A stretch of 64,000 bases of DNA from the NCBI RefSeq assembly GCF_001194135.2, contig NC_068989.1:76968482-77032481 (forward strand). Reading direction: 5' to 3'. Position 1 is the stretch's first letter. Each line of letters starts with the position of its first letter. Positions 27,492 through 39,700 of this stretch are shown in pieces. The position numbers were made by a program, and so were the translations under genes. The DNA comes from Octopus bimaculoides. Its lineage: Eukaryota. The notes under the pieces were generated by a model. That model saw nothing but the letters and a program-made list of their open reading frames with translations. It did not search any database and was not told the DNA's origin.

Positions 27492-27801
27492 ATCAAAATA
27501 GGCAACAAGTATATCCAGAGGTAATGCAGTACGATCTTTTCACGCAACTCTGTTTAATTGAACAATGCAATCATTACATCAGTTTAAATGCAGAGCAATC
27601 TTCAGCTGCATAAAGACAGAATTTAATTAAATTATACTAATGTGTCCATCTGTTTTAATTTAATTAAATTCTATGTCTTAATGCAGCTGAGGATTGCTCT
27701 GCATTTAAATTGATGTAATGATTGCATTGTTCAATTCAATGCAGTTGCTTGAAACGATCGTACTGCATTAGCTCTGGATATCCTTGTTGCCTAATTTGAT
27801 T
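27491..27801. repeat. Long palindrome (~145-bp arms, ~21-nt loop), probable MITE
   Basis: 27491-27634 is the reverse complement of 27656-27801 at roughly 90% identity. Confidence 0.92.
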
Positions 27802-27894
27802 TTAATCACCTTATTTTGAAATTGTATGGATAATACCATACGAAATTCTGGTGCCTCAACTTAAGTACTATATTCATCTGAATCTAAATATTTG

Positions 27895-27928
<34 letters not shown>

Positions 27929-28004
27929 GTATGTTTATATGTATATATGTATGTATGCTTATATGTATATATGTATTGTTCTATATTTAAGATATGAGGA
28001 ATTC

Positions 28005-28156
28005 TGTCCATTAATTACATTATTTACATTCGACGGATATTTGTCCTCATCTTGTTTGGTGTTAACATAACGTTTCGGCTGATGTACCATCCAGCCTTCT
28101 TCAGGTGTCTTGGGGAAATTTTGGACCTCGTTTCTCATTCCTAAGGTATTTTTCGA

Positions 28157-28216
<60 letters not shown>

Positions 28217-28289
28217 CAGTTTTCAGGTCACTGCTTGGAATCAAACTCGGAATCTTGGGGTTAGTAGCCCGCGCTCTCAATCACTACGC
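28005..28289 (-). mobile_element. tRNA-SINE family C: tRNA-like head, (AAT)n spacer, Penelope-like tail
   Basis: Minus strand reads GCGTAGTGATTGAGAGCGCGGGCTACTAACCCCAAGATTCCGAGTTTGATTCC (A/B-box-like), then (AAT)n, then a tail ending in gtaaataatgtaat. Confidence 0.88.
28064..28109 (-). ncRNA. Minimal type I hammerhead ribozyme motif
   Basis: GACAC-CUGAAGA-A-GGCUG-(10 nt)-CAGCC-GAA-ACGU-U-AUGUU: core CUGANGA and GAAA, 5-bp stem II, palindromic ACGU stem III, GUU site. Stem I has a C-A mismatch next to the site. Confidence 0.7.
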
Positions 28290-28631
28290 AATAATAATAA
28301 TNNNNNNNNNNNNNNNNNNNNNNNNNNNNNNNNNNNNNNNNNNNNNNNNNNNNNNNNNNNNNNNNNNNNNNNNNNNNNNNNNNNNNNNNNNNNNNNNNNN
28401 NNNNNNNNNNNNNNNNNNNNNNNNNNNNNNNNNNNNNNNNNNNNNNNNNNNNNNNNNNNNNNNNNNNNNNNNNNNNNNNNNNNNNNNNNNNNNNNNNNNN
28501 NNNNNNNNNNNNNNNNNNNNNNNNNNNNNNNNNNNNNNNNNNNNNNNNNNNNNNNNNNNNNNNNNNNNNNNNNNNNNNNNNNNNNNNNNNNNNNNNNNNN
28601 NNNNNNNNNNNNNNNNNNNNNNNNNNNNNNC

Positions 28632-28835
28632 CCCCCCCCCCAACATCGCTTGACGACCGATGGTGGTGTGTTTACGTCACCGTAACTTAGCGGTTCGGCT
28701 AAAGAGCCCCATGGAATAAGTACTAGGCTTACAAAGAATAAGTCCTGGGGTCGATTAGCTCGACTAAAAGGCGGTTCTCCAGCATGGTCACATTCAAATG
28801 ACTGAAACAAGTAAAAGAGTAAAAGTGTAAAAGAG
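28632..28835 (+). mobile_element. tRNA-SINE family B, 3' half
   Basis: caacatcgcttgac...gtaacttagcggttcggc...aaatgactgaaacaagtaaaagagtaaaag tail. Confidence 0.9.
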
Positions 28836-28975
28836 TTAGGAATGAGAAACCAGGTTCGAAATTTCCACGAGGCACCTGAAGAAGGCTGGAGGGTATATCA
28901 GCCGAAAATTCCTATTAACAACAAACAAGACGAGGACAAATATCCGTCGAATATAAATAATGTAAATAATGTATA
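28836..28975 (+). mobile_element. tRNA-SINE family C, 3' half (inverted relative to 28005-28289) with a degenerate hammerhead core at 28871-28910
   Basis: ttaggaatgagaa...cacCTGAAGAAGGCTGgagggtatatCAGCCGAAAattc...acaaatatccgtcgaat. Confidence 0.88.
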
Positions 28976-29307
28976 TGTATGCATATTGCTATGGAAAATG
29001 GCATACATGTGGAGATGGGTGCATAGAGTGGAACGCGCTTTGTATTTTTTCCTAGCCCCCATATTTACCGAGAAATCGATTAAAACAGCCTGCATGCGTG
29101 TGTGTGTGTGTGAGTGTGTGTCACTGAAGCCATTCATACATAGATACATGCATAACCACTCTCTCTCTCTCTCTCTCAGTCAATCACTCACTACAAAAAC
29201 TGAATGGAAACATTTCAGTTATCTCTCTCTTTCTTCCCCCCTCTCTCTCTCTCATATACACACACACCATCAACATCACTCTCTCTGTCTCTTCCCACAC
29301 ACTATCT

Positions 29308-29601
29308 TACGATCGCGAAGTTGTGAGTTCGAATCCCGGACTGGGCTGCGTCTTGTGTTCTTGAGCAAGAAACTTTATTTCACGTTGCTCCAGTTCAGTC
29401 AGCTGTAGCAATGAGTTGCGACGTCAAAAGTGCCAAGCTGTATCGGCCCTTGCCTTTCCCTTGGATAACACTGGTGGTGTGGAGAGGCCGGTATGCATGG
29501 GCGACTGCTGGTCTTCCACAAACAACCTTGTCCGGACTTGTGCTTGGGAGGGTAACTTTCTAGGTGCAATCCCATGGTCAGTCATGACCGAAGGGGGTCT
29601 C
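29308..29601 (+). mobile_element. tRNA-SINE family D with a CORE/MESC-like central block
   Basis: B-box gagttcgaatccc, then gtgttcttgagcaagaaactttatttcacgttgctccagttc, resembling conserved central SINE domains (recalled similarity). Confidence 0.75.
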
Positions 29602-29869
29602 AGCAGATATGATGGCTGCAAACTCGTGTTCGAGTGTTGCCATTTCTTGATCGAATGTTCCACAAATGTGAAGGATACGACCAGCCATTTTTGTAATAAG
29701 TCTTACTTTTCTTCAAGCGATACCGGTGCATGATGGGTTTTTTTTTAGTGGGGAAAAGATTTTCACAAATCCAAACCCACCTCTGAACATGAATTTCATA
29801 AAATCGAAAAGAAGTACTAGTCTACGTCATTGAATGTTGTCAGTGTTGTAGGTTTACTCTCTCCTACAG

Positions 29870-29956
29870 TTTCTCTCTCCCAGAGAGATGTTGTGACAAC
29901 AGGAGGTGGGGCTCCCATACCCAGTGTTCCAACGGCGCACAAGGACACGAACCAAG
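29870..29956 (+). CDS. Candidate exon (SLSQRDVVTTGGGAPIPSVPTAHKDTNQ in one of two open frames)
   Basis: ctctctcctacag| acceptor, AAG|gtattt donor, GC-rich 87-nt island. Confidence 0.27.
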
Positions 29957-30139
29957 GTATTTGCACGTTCAAGTGCCTACATACATGGCATAATACACAT
30001 GTACACATATATACTTCTCATGAGACTTTGGAGCTTCTATTTTTCGTCCTGCTTGTTTAGTCGCCGACAACTCGACCATGCAACTGGTTGTTATGGGTTA
30101 CTTATCAGTAACGCCCAAGTGCAACCACACATGAATCTA

Positions 30140-30142
<3 letters not shown>

Positions 30143-30204
<62 letters not shown>
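30143..30204. repeat. (TCTA)n microsatellite
   Basis: Direct reading. Confidence 0.97.
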
Positions 30205-30471
30205 ACAGTTGTTATGTCTCAACTATATAGATCACCTTCGGATGATCTCTACTCAACTGCTACACGACTGCTACTCAACAGCTATTCAACTCCGCTAACA
30301 TGGCTAGACTACATCTATTTATATGTCTTGGGCGATCCTACTTCTTCGCTTGGAGGCGTCAACGCAACAATAATATATACATATAAATATACATGCACAT
30401 ATATTCATGTAAACATAAATTTATATTGGCATAACCCACATAGAAATATGTGTATACTTATCTCTCTCCGT

Positions 30472-30533
<62 letters not shown>

Positions 30534-31351
30534 TTGTGTATGTGTGATTGTTTGTGTGTGTATGTCTAACTAAAATTACTAATGCTCACTTATTCCCACA
30601 TCGTAATTACTCTCAGAGGGGAACCTTTACCTAAGTTCTCATGAAATTTTTATGACAATTATAAAATATTTATGATTTGTATTTCTCACTTTTATATCAT
30701 CCAGCAAAATAAAACAGAATGATTTATTTTCTGATGCAAGATACAAAAGACATATGCATCTTATCTTATCTTGAGGCAAACATTGAGCTACATTATGATC
30801 TTGTACAACAGAAAAGTTTCTAATCAAGAATTGTGTGTGACTATCTACATTACTTTGATTATGTTTACAGCCATTTTAATAGTATATCGGTGTTCTTCAT
30901 TGTATTATCTTTTTACGACCGAGATACATAGTTTGAACAATAGTATCATTTAGGAATTCACACGCTGGGTGTCTTAAGAGTCTGTCGGTTGACAGAATTC
31001 ACTTAAAATACCTAAGAATACTCATAAAGAACAACAAATTTATCCTGAGCCTTACCAGTTACTTCAGTCACGTTCGTCAAATTGAAGAGTATACGATGAA
31101 TCATCTGCCAAGTGTTTTCGAATAAACAAAGTATAAATTTAGGCATACACCGCATCAAAAATTTTAAGGTAATGTATAAATCCACCAGAAATGCTTCCAA
31201 AAGAATATTTCTCATAGAAAAACTGTCCCGTTTGTAAATGTTATCTCTAACATTAATGTACATTAAGGTATTTCTACAGAAACGTTTACGCTATTTGCGT
31301 TATAACTTCATATAAATTGCAATAAACGTACATATGTAGAAGTGCGTTCAT

Positions 31352-31398
<47 letters not shown>

Positions 31399-31556
31399 CG
31401 CGCGCGGACATGTACTTGATCATTTGAATAAAGTATTCCCAACTGATTTAGCCAAAAGATATACAAACAAATCTACACTCAATCACAGGCTATTACATAT
31501 AAAGGTATGTATGTATGTATGTATGCATGAATGTATATGTATGTATATATATATAC

Positions 31557-31601
<45 letters not shown>

Positions 31602-33103
31602 TATACATCTGTGTATATGTGTATATTGTTATATATNNNNNNNNNNNNNNNNNNNNNNNNNNNNNNNNNNNNNNNNNNNNNNNNNNNNNNNNNNNNNNNN
31701 NNNNNNNNNNNNNNNNNNNNNNNNNNNNNNNNNNNNNNNNNNNNNNNNNNNNNNNNNNNNNNNNNNNNNNNNNNNNNNNNNNNNNNNNNNNNNNNNNNNN
31801 NNNNNNNNNNNNNNNNNNNNNNNNNNNNNNNNNNNNNNNNNNNNNNNNNNNNNNNTATATACACGAACATTCATACGTACGTAGATTAATATATACTTTC
31901 ATATATACATGCCTTACATACATGCATGCATACATACATACATACATGCATACATACATACATACATGCATACATAAAACATACATGCATTCATACATAC
32001 ATACAAACATGCATAGATACATAAATAAATACAGAGAAATGCATATGCATATACAGCTATAAAGATTTGTATTGTGTCTAATGTTTCCAGTTCATTTCTT
32101 ACAAACAGATTCTAGTCATCCGTAAATAAAAGATAAATATATAATTCAACATTTTCAATTTTAAGAAGGAAAGTAAATCTTGGAAGAAGCATTACTAAAA
32201 TGTATAAATATCTCTGGATATATTTCGATCAATAGAGTTTCCAAATACGGTAAATTACCAATCAAATAATATCACCGAGATAATATATTCATAGAATAAT
32301 TTCTGTTTGCATTGTCCAATAAACAAAAGTAGGAAGTATAGTATTCTTTGCAGCATCTTATTCTAATGAATATTTCTGGAGTTAGGTAGGAAGATAATTG
32401 AATAAAACTAATACATATATTTCAGAAAATCTTTTCGAATCTTGGGAGAATTTTGTGTCTTCTCTCTTGAATTGATATTAATTATTGATCGCATTTTATT
32501 GTAGTTAGCATATCGCTGTATTTACCCTGTTATAATAAGAACATTTACATCCAAACCCGCTTTGATTTGACTTCTACAACCAAATAATCACCGATCATGA
32601 TTTTACAGCTCTAGATGATGAATATACGACTGATATTCTGATGTTCTATCAAACTAATGTTTTCCGGAATCTTGTAGTTTTCTTGGTTTATGGCGAGAAA
32701 GATTAATTTATCAGTCTGAACTTCCAGAAAATGTGTTTGAATACGTGAATAGTCAATAGATATATAAATATAAAGTAATGGAGCAAACTAGCACTAAGGT
32801 TTCGCCCTGGGCATAATTTCGTATATTATTTCAAATATACTGCTTGAGTTAAACTCTATTTTTTCTTGCTGTTCATATCATATTATCAAAATGCGAGGGC
32901 ATGCCATTTAGAGAAATACGACTTCTGCCATTTACGTTGAGGTAAAATTTTGATGAATGTGACCATATATTTTGTGGATGAAATATATATAGCCAGTGGA
33001 AAGTAAAATTCGCCAAAATCAATGGTCATTATAAGACTACTAGATATCTGAAAACATATTTTGCTGAATGCCTACAATAATATATCTTATCTCGTGTATA
33101 TAA

Positions 33104-33292
33104 AGCGGTGAGCTAGCAGAATCTTTAACAACATGATTATCGCTGTTTCGTCCGTCTTTACGTTCTGAGTTCAAATTTCGCCGAGGTGATTTTGGCTTCC
33201 ATCATTTCGCAGTCGAAAACGTAAGTACTGGAATCGATGTTATCGACTATATTCTCTACCACAAATTTCAGACCCTCTGCCGATATTAGAAA
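33104..33292 (+). mobile_element. tRNA-SINE family A, diverged
   Basis: gcggtgagctagcagaatc head, ctgagttcaaatttcgccgagg. Confidence 0.8.
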
Positions 33293-33597
33293 GGATATAT
33301 ATATATATATATATATAAATTAAATATAGAGATATTCTATTGACAATCCAATCATTTATTTATATTACAATATTACATTAAATACTATGCACATAATATA
33401 TAACATAACATGATATTATATAAATAATTATAAAAGCCAGATTGTTTCGACTTATATTATTTCTGATATACATAATCACAGTTCCATTATGCATATAGAC
33501 ATTTCAGGGTGTTTGATCCAGAAAAGACGAAATTTCGTGTGAAAGAACGGCTGGAGTGTAAAAAGTACATCTACATATACTCACATACAAACATACA

Positions 33598-33642
<45 letters not shown>

Positions 33643-33660
33643 ACACACACACACACACAC

Positions 33661-33712
33661 GACTGAAGGCGATGCTCCATCATGGACGCAGTCAAATGAC
33701 TGAAAAGAATAT
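33661..33712 (+). mobile_element. tRNA-SINE family B tail fragment
   Basis: gactgaaggcgatgctccatcatggacgcagtcaaatgactgaaa matches 47421-47462. Confidence 0.75.
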
Positions 33713-36337
33713 AATAATAAGGAATACATATATATATATCTATCTATATATANNNNNNNNNNNNNNNNNNNNNNNNNNNNNNNNNNNNNNNNNNNNNNNN
33801 NNNNNNNNNNNNNNNNNNNNNNNNNNNNNNNNNNNNNNNNNNNNNNNNNNNNNNNNNNNNNNNNNNNNNNNNNNNNNNNNNNNNNNNNNNNNNNNNNNNN
33901 NNNNNNNNNNNNNNNNNNNNNNNNNNNNNNNNNNNNNNNNNNNNNNNNNNNNNNNNNNNNNNNNNNNNNNNNNNNNNNNNNNNNNNNNNNNNNNNNNNNN
34001 NNNNNNNNNNNNNNNNNNNNNNNNNNNNNNNNNNNNNNNNNNNNNNNNNNNNNNNNNNNNNNNNNNNNNNNNNNNNNNNNNNNNNNNNNNNNNNNNNNNN
34101 NNNNNNNNNNNNNNNNNNNNNNNNNNNNNNNNNNNNNNNNNNNNNNNNNNNNNNNNNNNNNNNNNNNNNNNNNNNNNNNNNNNNNNNNNNNNNNNNNNNN
34201 NNNNNNNNNNNNNNNNNNNNNNNNNNNNNNNNNNNNNNNNNNNNNNNNNNNNNNNNNNNNNNNNNNNNNNNNNNNNNNNNNNNNNNNATATATACATCTT
34301 TAGAAAATAATCATGAAGAGAGGGTGGCAAATTAATCAAATCGAGACACCAAATATATGTTCCGAAAATGGTAGAAATGATTATCACTGATGCTATTACA
34401 GCACGATTAGTACATATTTGATCAATGGCTAAATGCAAGTGTCATAGAATTTCAGCTCTAAAGATAAAAGAGCTAAACTATACGCTCTACTTTATATATT
34501 TGTGTGCTTTATGATTTGAAAACCCACATTTCATGAACGCATCGTCACAAAACGTAATAAAATTTACTAAAAATAGTAATTTTCTTTCCTAACAAGGAAC
34601 TTAGAGGATTAATTACCAATGCACTATACCTTACTTAAGATAATAATACTAATCAAAACTTTGAAATCAATTAGGTTTCCGTTTTCTAAGGCTCATACAT
34701 ACGAATGCATCGAAATTTACGATGCAGAACATGTAATGACGGGAGCTGTAATTTCTTATAATTACATTTCGTCTTCGGGAACCAATGCCAATGTCCAGCG
34801 CCTGATTATTCGAGATGAACAATTCTTTCTTTGTGTACATTTTGTGTTCTTAAATGCTGAAGGAAGAACGACTAATGGCTAGCTTCAAACAGAACGGCAA
34901 CCAAATTAAAGAACATATTTAAGTCAGCGAAAACAATGCATGTATCAAGAGGATCATTGTAATTCAAATCAATTATGTATTACAACGCTTTAAACTATCT
35001 CGCAAAGTAGAACGGATGTTCAACCTTTTATTTACATCCCGTGATATAGCTGATAATAGTTTCAGAAGAAAGCGTGTTTGGCTTTTCACTGCCGCACAAC
35101 ACTTAACACTCAGTATTGAACCCAACAACTAAAATATACAGCATTCAGCAACCGGATAAGTTTTATTTACAAGGGAATAATCGCTCAGGTTTAAAAGGAG
35201 CCGCAATACTGATATATATATATATANNNNNNNNNNNNNNNNNNNNNNNNNNNNNNNNNNNNNNNNNNNNNNNNNNNNNNNNNNNNNNNNNNNNNNNNNN
35301 NNNNNNNNNNNNNNNNNNNNNNNNNNNNNNNNNNNNNNNNNNNNNNNNNNNNNNNNNNNNNNNNNNNNNNNNNNNNNNNNNNNNNNNNNNNNNNNNNNNN
35401 NNNNNNNNNNNNNNNNNNNNNNNNNNNNNNNNNNNNNNNNNNNNNNNNNNNNNNNNNNNNNNNNNNNNNNNNNNNNNNNNNNNNNNNNNNNNNNNNNATA
35501 TATATATATATAAAATATATATATGATAGGTCGCTAGCCACTACACACATTTTTTTTCTCCTTGTTTCTCTCCTTGTCTCTTTCTATGTTCCTTTCTGTG
35601 GAAGACCGTTCGCTGGAAACATTAAAGACTTTTTCAATTCCCGAGCGTTATACTAATACATCGGTTTGTTTTCTACACCACCTACCTTCGTCTATTGTTG
35701 TTTTTTTTTTGTGAATTCTCTCCCACTATGTATATCCTATAACAAGATACAATTACTGGTAGAATGATACTTGGGTAATGTATGCAGTTAATTGGATCCA
35801 ACTGACTGTATAATCTGCTCTTGAGCTATTCAAACATGAATATTTCATTAAATATATTGTCCATAAAATAATTCGGAATACGCCGGGGGTATGTTGGGAG
35901 ATAGATGAATTAAAAATAGGTAAGTAAGAATTTGATTGACAGGTGTCAATTCATTACAGCCGTTTGGGACGAAATTTTTAATTGATTAATAAGTACATTA
36001 TATCATTATAAAAACGTTTTATTCGCATGAATACATGAATTTTAAAATCTAGGACTTTTAAAATACTTTAGAATCCACGGTAAATACATATTTAGTGGTA
36101 CCAAAGCTAGCCCTTGCTGCAGAATGAGCTTAACCAAAACAATGTACATTCAAGGGTTTAGTGGGAGGGGAAAACACCACAACACATAAGGGAGGTGTAT
36201 ATTTCAGAATTTATAGCCCTAATAGGGGTTAGTTAGCTTAGTAGCGAGGAGGAAGGGTTACTAGGAAAGTCGTATAGTTAAGTGGTGACTTCCATGAAAC
36301 ATGTTTCTAATTTCCCGAAACTGAATTTATCCCACTA

Positions 36338-39073
36338 TCTATATATATAAAACAGAAATTATCTGTGTGTGTGCACGTGTGTGTATGTATGTGTGTGTGT
36401 GCACGTGTGTGTATGCATGTGTGTGTGTACGTGTTTGTATGTATGTGTGTGTGCAAGTTCGATGGCTTATAACTCGAGTTCCACCTAATCGATTCGATTG
36501 AAATTTGAGACATGCATTTGGTATGTTCCGAGGCTTGTTTTAATCACAACTACTTCGATCAATGTTCGGTTTTCGCAAAAACTCGATAGATAGTTATCGA
36601 TTTTTTTCAAAAAGTCGTCCGATTTTGATTGAAGTTGACATACCTATGCGTTCTTACCCAAGGTTTTTCGTTTCGTTATTATTTATTTTTTCAAATTCTG
36701 TTTCGTTTGAGCACAACACGGGAAAAACCGACTCAAAAAATGCCCTTAAGGAGAGTCATAGCGCCGGAACCATTGAGCCGATTTAAACCAAGCTCGGTAA
36801 ACTAATGCGTTTTCATCCAACGAATCTTATGCCATGGTTCATTCCATTAAATTGCGCTTTGTTTGAGCACAGTTCGACAAATTCACATTCGAACAAAATG
36901 CCTTTGTTGAGGTAGCTCCTGATTTCTTTTTCTCAGAACAGTGACCACATAACTTCTCCGATGCAGAAGCAATTAATCTCCACCATGGTGTGCGCACACA
37001 TTGTGAAACCACTGACCTCAAAATAGCCACTGCCAATAACAGTAAACATTCGGCACTGAGGCTTTCCATTGCAATAAATGAAAGCGATTTCTTTGGGTAA
37101 GCATGAGATAGTTAAAGCATCAACAGCCTCTGCACTGCACAAGCTACTGGCAAGTACTTACTACTTCCTTCATCCATTTCACTAGCAGTAGTAATCAGTA
37201 TTGCACGGGTCTTAATACATTACAATGAAACTGGGAAACATGATGCCTTACACTTGAGAAAAGATGGTTTGGGGCATGTTTTAGTCATAACAACTGCTTT
37301 GATCAATGTTCGGTTTTTGCAAAAACTCGATCGATAATTATCGATTTTTTCAAAAAGTCACCCGATTTCATACAAACTTGGTACACATTTGCAATTTGAC
37401 CTAAAGAGTTTCATGGCGTCGCAGTACTCAGTGGATGACCGGAAGACTGAAACTGAACTACAGAAGCACAATGAAGCTGCGTACCATTTAATCAATGTGG
37501 TTATTGGACAGCATTTGATGTAACACCAGATTATTCAGATTCATTTATGCTAATGTGTCTTACTTAAAATCCCCTTTAATTTTCACTAACACCAGTCACG
37601 ATTCTGCTACAACGCTTTCACTGCAACGTCTCCTCTCAAAGCTATCCCTTCCTCCTTTAATCCAGCTGCAGTTGGTAAGTCACAAAATTGTTATTACATC
37701 TAGTGTTGCTCCTTGCCATTTCACCTCACGCCGTTGGAACACATTCATAAAGTACCACCTCTCATTGACAAAAATAGGTAGAGGGACTTTTGACAAACGC
37801 ATCTACCTCGCGAATAGATAAGCGACGTTATCTCAGGCTTCACGGTAGAACTGCTAGACATTATCTGTTGTCAATTCGCATTCATGCATTTATTCCAGCG
37901 TAGAACAAATAACGATTGACATCCGCTTACGAATGTGGAGAAGTGATTTTTTTCGTTGCCGGCTCCAATTGCAACACAGCTTACCGTACTGCTACTAAAT
38001 AACCTTATGGATATCTCTCCATTAAGATGTGCTCATGGCCTCGTACCCATATACTTATTTCATAAAAACATACATTTTCTGTCGGTCGCTTGCTTTTATT
38101 CTTCTGAGTGGGGCTAAGTGTTCCTTAACCTCCATTTTTAGGTCATGCCACGACGGAAGATGTTCACCATTGGCCGAAATACTGCTAAAGCAGAAGAATT
38201 AAGACGAAATCGAGCTCCAGAATCCGCTGGGCATAAGCTACTGAACGTGCGGCCACCAGAAGAGCTCTCGAAACAGTCGATAAGCGAAACGCTCGTCTGA
38301 CCACTATTGCCATCTTATCTGCAACTGCTCGCATTGCAGAAACCGAAGACCAAAGCAGAACTCGCCGAACTGCGAATGCTGCTTCAACGGCATCTGCTCG
38401 AGGTTCAGAGACAGACTGCCAGCGAAAAAGACGTCAAATCGCGAATGCTGTTGTGTCTGCGACTTCTCGCGCTGCAAAAACCGAAGACCAACGCAGAAAT
38501 TTGCCGAATCACGAAAGCTTCTTCAATGGCAACTGCTCGAGTTTCAGAGACAGAGTACCAGCGAAGAAACCGCTGATCTAGTAACGCCGCGTCTACAGCT
38601 GCTGCAATAGCTTCTGAAACAAGTCCCCAGTGGAAACGTCACCGAACCGCAAATGCTGCCTGCACTTCAGCCGCACGTGCCGAGGAGAATGAAGAACGTC
38701 GGACAACAGATGCTGCAAACACTGCTGCTGCAAACACTGCTGCTGCAAACACTGCTGCTGCAAACATTGCTGCTGCTCGATCTTCCCAAACGTTACAAGA
38801 CTGTGATAATCGCCTTCAGATTGATGCCAGACGGCGTGCCCTTAGGAAAGGTGTTTCTAAACCGTTGGCCTCACAATGGACCTTAAAAGTATTCCACAAC
38901 TGTATGGTTCTAATCAGCGCTGGGCTGAGGAGTGAGGTGTTGAAATCAGAACAGAATTGCACGAATGCAGTAGCCGAGGTAGGGCTCAAAAGATTTTCTT
39001 AACTGTAAGGTTTCATCTTTCCGCAGTCGAATGGTAATTTATTAAGACCCGTGCAACGCCGGGTACTAGCTAC
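36338..39073 (+). mobile_element. Non-autonomous Helitron (~2.7 kb)
   Basis: 5' A|TCTATATATATAA followed by a TG-rich microsatellite. The 3' end has hairpin CCCGtgcaacgcCGGG, then tactagctac|T. A frameshifted ORF remnant starts MPRRKMFTIGRNTAKA (38145) and has Arg/Ala/Glu-rich repeats typical of Helitron N-termini. No Rep or helicase motifs were seen. Confidence 0.82.
38711..38777 (+). repeat. 15-bp tandem repeat (ACTGCTGCTGCAAAC)x3 plus partial copies
   Basis: Direct reading; encodes (TAAAN)n in the Helitron frame. Confidence 0.95.
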
Positions 39074-39589
39074 TACATAATATAATGAAATAATATTTGA
39101 AATTATGTATAGTCACTTATACGGTTCTCTTAACCCCCTTCTTACCAAAACAGTATTTCATGCAGCTATAACTTGCTTTGTTAGAAATCTAATGTTGATA
39201 TAATTTGATCTATATATTATATAATTTTTTTTAAAAAGTACTTATTATATCATTCTTGTACTGTAGTGTTTATGCATAATTACATATGATTACTGAATTA
39301 ATTCTAATAAACGAATGCGTTTTAATTCATGTTGCTGATTCTTTTTTTATTTTAATGTAAATATATTGAAGCATTTATTTCGGTATTTCTTACAATAGAA
39401 TAGTTTTTCAACCGTATCATTCACGAATTCTGTAATTACAATTTTGAATTCAAAATGAAAATGAAAATAATAACAAAACAACAACAACAACAATAATAAG
39501 AAGAAGAATAATGATAAGAAGAAGAATTGTAATTATATTTATAACTCTGTAAAGCAAGATTGGATTTTAGAATTATAATGATATTGATT

Positions 39590-39700
39590 TCATCTTTAGG
39601 CACATAGCAAAATTGTGTGAAAAATGTTATTTTTTTATTAACGCCAGAAGTATGAAAGCAAACTGATACAGTAGCCTACTCAGAAGTAGCATGCTAACGC
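39590..39700 (-). mobile_element. tRNA-SINE family A, highly degenerate
   Basis: ttattaacgccagaagtatgaaagcaaa...actcagaa...gcatgctaacg parallels the minus copies at 62372-62665. Confidence 0.55.

Noticed and set aside
28225-28289. tRNA gene
   Set aside because: It has A/B boxes but no complete cloverleaf, and it continues into a SINE body, so it is a SINE head.
8186-35920. Resemblance of several plus-strand peptides to TBC1D32/broad-minded (for example NWERFYERLTVFL versus a recalled NWTTLCEKLTVSL)
   Set aside because: The comparison is from memory and the strongly conserved motifs of that protein were not found. The chain has an in-frame stop, and an equally good match at 39672-39711 turned out to lie in a SINE, showing over-fitting. 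A TBLASTN with a mollusc orthologue would settle it.
38711-38777. (TAAAN)n peptide reminiscent of alanine-rich antifreeze proteins
   Set aside because: It lies in a frameshifted Helitron remnant, the period is 5 rather than 11, and there is no signal peptide or evidence of expression.
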